Assembly (NCBI GenBank): GCA_964016885.1
Contig: OZ024755.1
Span: 33,542,001 to 33,606,000, forward strand
Source: Eledone cirrhosa
Taxonomy: Eukaryota
Length of the DNA stretch: 64,000 bases
Direction: 5' to 3'
The notes under the pieces are model-generated. The model made no database searches, was not told the DNA's origin, and saw nothing but the letters and a program-made list of their open reading frames with translations. How positions within the stretch are numbered: position 1 is the first letter of the stretch; the number at the start of each line of letters is the position of its first letter. Shown here one piece after another: positions 61,311 through 64,000 of the stretch. The position numbers and the translations under genes were made by a program.

Positions 61311-62768
61311 TTAATTGTAATTTATTAAATAATGATTTGTTAATGAAATTTTATTCAGTTGAATAAATAACATTTTTGCCTTTCATCCTTACGGGGTCGA
61401 TAAAATAAAGTACCAGTAATACACTGGGTAATTTTGCTGGCCTTGTGCCAAGAGTAGAAACAATTATAAATATATACATAAATAACAAACATTACAAATT
61501 TGTAAATAACATTATAAATTGCTCGCAAAGAACATTACAAATATAATGATTTCTACTATAGGCACAAGGCCAGTAATTGGGGGGGGGGGGTCAATTAAAT
61601 CGACCCCCAGAACGTTACTGGTGCTTTATTTTATCGACTCCCGTAAGGATGAAAGGCAAAGTTAACCTCGGCAGGATTTGAACTCAAACCGTAATAGGAC
61701 TGTAACTCTATGCTGCAAAGCATGGCGTCCGACTCTACCGAGACTGTCAATCCACCGTTGTTTATCAACACAAATATAAAAGAGAGAGAAAATATAAAGA
61801 AAGAAAAAAAAGGTAACTATCAAAGAAAAGAATCTGCGACTCACACCCACTCCTTGTCATCACTGGCGACTCACCTTACTGAGGTGTCAGATGATTCCCG
61901 TGAGGGTGCCAGGTTATTTCAGCACCTTAGCCTCGCCATCATCCGTACCATGTTGGCTTGCCTCAAAGTGTTTAGTTAACCCCTAAGGTGTGAGGTGCTG
62001 TCGATTGTCGCACCTGGAGGCGAATTGCCCCCCCCCCCTTTTCTTTCCTTTATCATTATTGTTTAATGAATGATATTGTGGATTGGCAGTATCGGTAGGG
62101 GGTCGGACGCCATGCTTTGACGCATAGAGTTACGGCCCTTGCCATTCTGAGTTCAAATCCCGCCGAGTTTAACTTTGCCATTCTTCCTCACGGGGTCGAT
62201 AAAATAAAGTACCAGTAATGTACTGGGATAATTGCTGGCCTTGTGCCAAAAATAGAAACAATTATAGTTTATACACGGTTGGATTGGCAGTATCGGTAGA
62301 GGGTCGAACACCATGATTTGCAGTATTGAGTTACGGTCTTTTATGGTCTGAGTTCAAATCCCGCCGAGGTTAACTTTGCCTTTCATCCTTACGGGGTCGA
62401 TAAAATAAAGTACCAGTAATGCACTGGCTTATTGCTGGCCTTGTGCCTAAAGTAGAAACTATTATATTTTATACACAGTTAAGACATTATATTTGTAATG
62501 TTTTTCTGAACTAATTGCGATCAATTTATAATGTCATTTATGTATATGATACAGGCATTTACACTAGCAAAACAACTGATGTAGCGATAATTGTATCACG
62601 ATTTTATTACTCAATATTCGATGTACCCAACGAGTGAATTTTACTATTATAAAATAAACGTTGTCAACAACATCACAATCCTTCATCATTCGTTTTATCA
62701 TTCATCCTGCGAAGAATACATCTTAACAATTACATGGACTTGACCTCTATCGCTACACATATATATAT

Positions 62769-62985
62769 TTAACCCTTTAGCATTTACATTACTCTATATA
62801 TACTTTGTATTTTTGTGGTAAAGGCTTTATCTTCATAATTATCTCACAATGTTGAATCTATGAGATTTTGATATTATTTATTTTGAGAACAATACCTTAA
62901 TGTCGGTATGAGAGACTGTTTACAACCGGTTTGAATTGAAAGAGGTGAGAAAATTCTGGCCGAATACAGCTAGTTTAAATGCTAA
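62769..62985 (+). mobile_element. piggyBac-like MITE, unexpanded copy
   Basis: TTAACCCTTTAGCATTTACATTACTCTATATA...GTTTAAATGCTAA; contains a single copy of the 72-bp unit. Confidence 0.8.
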
Positions 62986-63464
62986 TATTTGTAATGTTAT
63001 TCAAATGTAAATTTATACAATTGTAAATAAAAACAAAAATGTTTTACCGATATCTATTTGCTGACCACAGCTAAAAAATAATTGTTTCTACTTTTGGTAC
63101 AAGGCCAGCAATTATCCTAGTGCATTACTGGTACTTTATTTATCGACCCCGTAAGGATGAAAGGCAAAGTTAACCTCGGCGGGATTTGAACTCAGATCGG
63201 AAAGAGGCGTAACTCTATGCTGCAAAGCATGGCGTCCAATCATCTACCAAAAATAATACACAAAAAATAATTGTTTAATACATAGAAATACACTTACTTT
63301 TAATCTCAAGTACCCTCTCAGTAATAAGAGTAAAGATCCAATAAATAATGCAGAATTATTTCCTGCATTCATAAGTATCAAATGATACAATGTAAATATG
63401 GTATTGTTAGTGTATATTCCTAATGAAACACTTTGCCACTGATTTACAGTTAATTTCGTGTGAA

Positions 63465-63640
63465 ATTATGAGTGACGCAGCAGAAGTAACGGGAGCAGCG
63501 ATGTCACGTGCGCGTAATTGCGAAACAAAATGGCTTCCTAGTTGGAGAGAAATTCGATGTGGATGGTCATGTGTCTATGGGCTCGTGCGAGAACTGGAAT
63601 TTCTGGCCAGAGAGTCTTTTTGGATGAGCAAGGTTCGTGG
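63465..63640 (+). promoter_or_regulatory. Putative CpG-rich promoter / first exon
   Basis: TGACGCA (63473), GTCACGTG E-box (63503), CAAAATGGC YY1-like motif (63526), local CpG enrichment, possible donor AAG|GTTCGT (63633). Confidence 0.4.
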
Positions 63641-63973
63641 AGAACGCAGCTTGTTGTTCGATGGTATGGGGGGGGGGGGGGGGTACGGTAAATGGTTTTA
63701 CGTTTCCCACCTACATTTTGAAAATAATCAACAATTTGTTGGGATTTATTAATAAAATCAACTTTTCCTTAATTAACCTGATGTTTGAAACAAACTTTTC
63801 ACTGCATAAAATTATGATGGAATAAAATGTTTTAATCTAGATATGACCGTCGTCATCATCATTAAAACACTCATGCTTCCCGAAATACGCCAAAACTACA
63901 CCTGATGTACCCCTTCCATACACATGCACACGTGTATATCGTGACTCATGCACTGCACATTACCCTATGTACT

Positions 63974-64000
63974 ACTAGCAGTGGTACCCGGCGTTGCACG
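63974..64000 (-). mobile_element. Helitron 3' end (continues beyond window; also at 47079-47116)
   Basis: ACTAGCAGTGGTACCCGGCGTTGCACG is the reverse complement of the 6384-6411 terminus. Confidence 0.7.

Larger units (their letters stand above)
60210..63250. mobile_element. Dense cluster of about seven SINE family 1 copies
   Basis: Copies at about 60210-60318(-), 60935-61045(+), 61375-61468(+), 61545-61757(-), 62080-62265(+), 62280-62465(+) and 63078-63250(-). Confidence 0.8.

Overview
AT-rich, repeat-dominated animal genomic DNA. The SINE, RTE and microsatellite repertoire suggests an octopus or other coleoid cephalopod, but this is inferred from remembered repeat motifs, not a database match. 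No complete protein-coding gene can be supported: nearly all long ORFs are artefacts of tandem repeats. The window holds about 30 copies of a tRNA-headed SINE, CORE-type SINEs with RTE tails, RTE, Vingi-like and CR1-like LINE fragments, and a Penelope-like element with inverted pseudo-LTRs. It also holds non-autonomous Helitrons, piggyBac-, hAT- and pogo-like MITEs, maT and hAT transposase remnants, and several minisatellites (72, 28, 45, 30, 76 and 72/75 bp units). The most notable observations are: (1) several type I hammerhead ribozyme motifs, two near-perfect, linked to Penelope-like termini; (2) a clean twin-priming 5' inversion in an RTE LINE, plus fold-back inverted SINEs with target-site duplications; (3) minisatellites repeatedly arising inside transposons; (4) a 45-bp array with higher-order structure that may amplify the 3' end and donor site of an exon; (5) a few exon-like islands and a possible housekeeping-type promoter near 63.5 kb.
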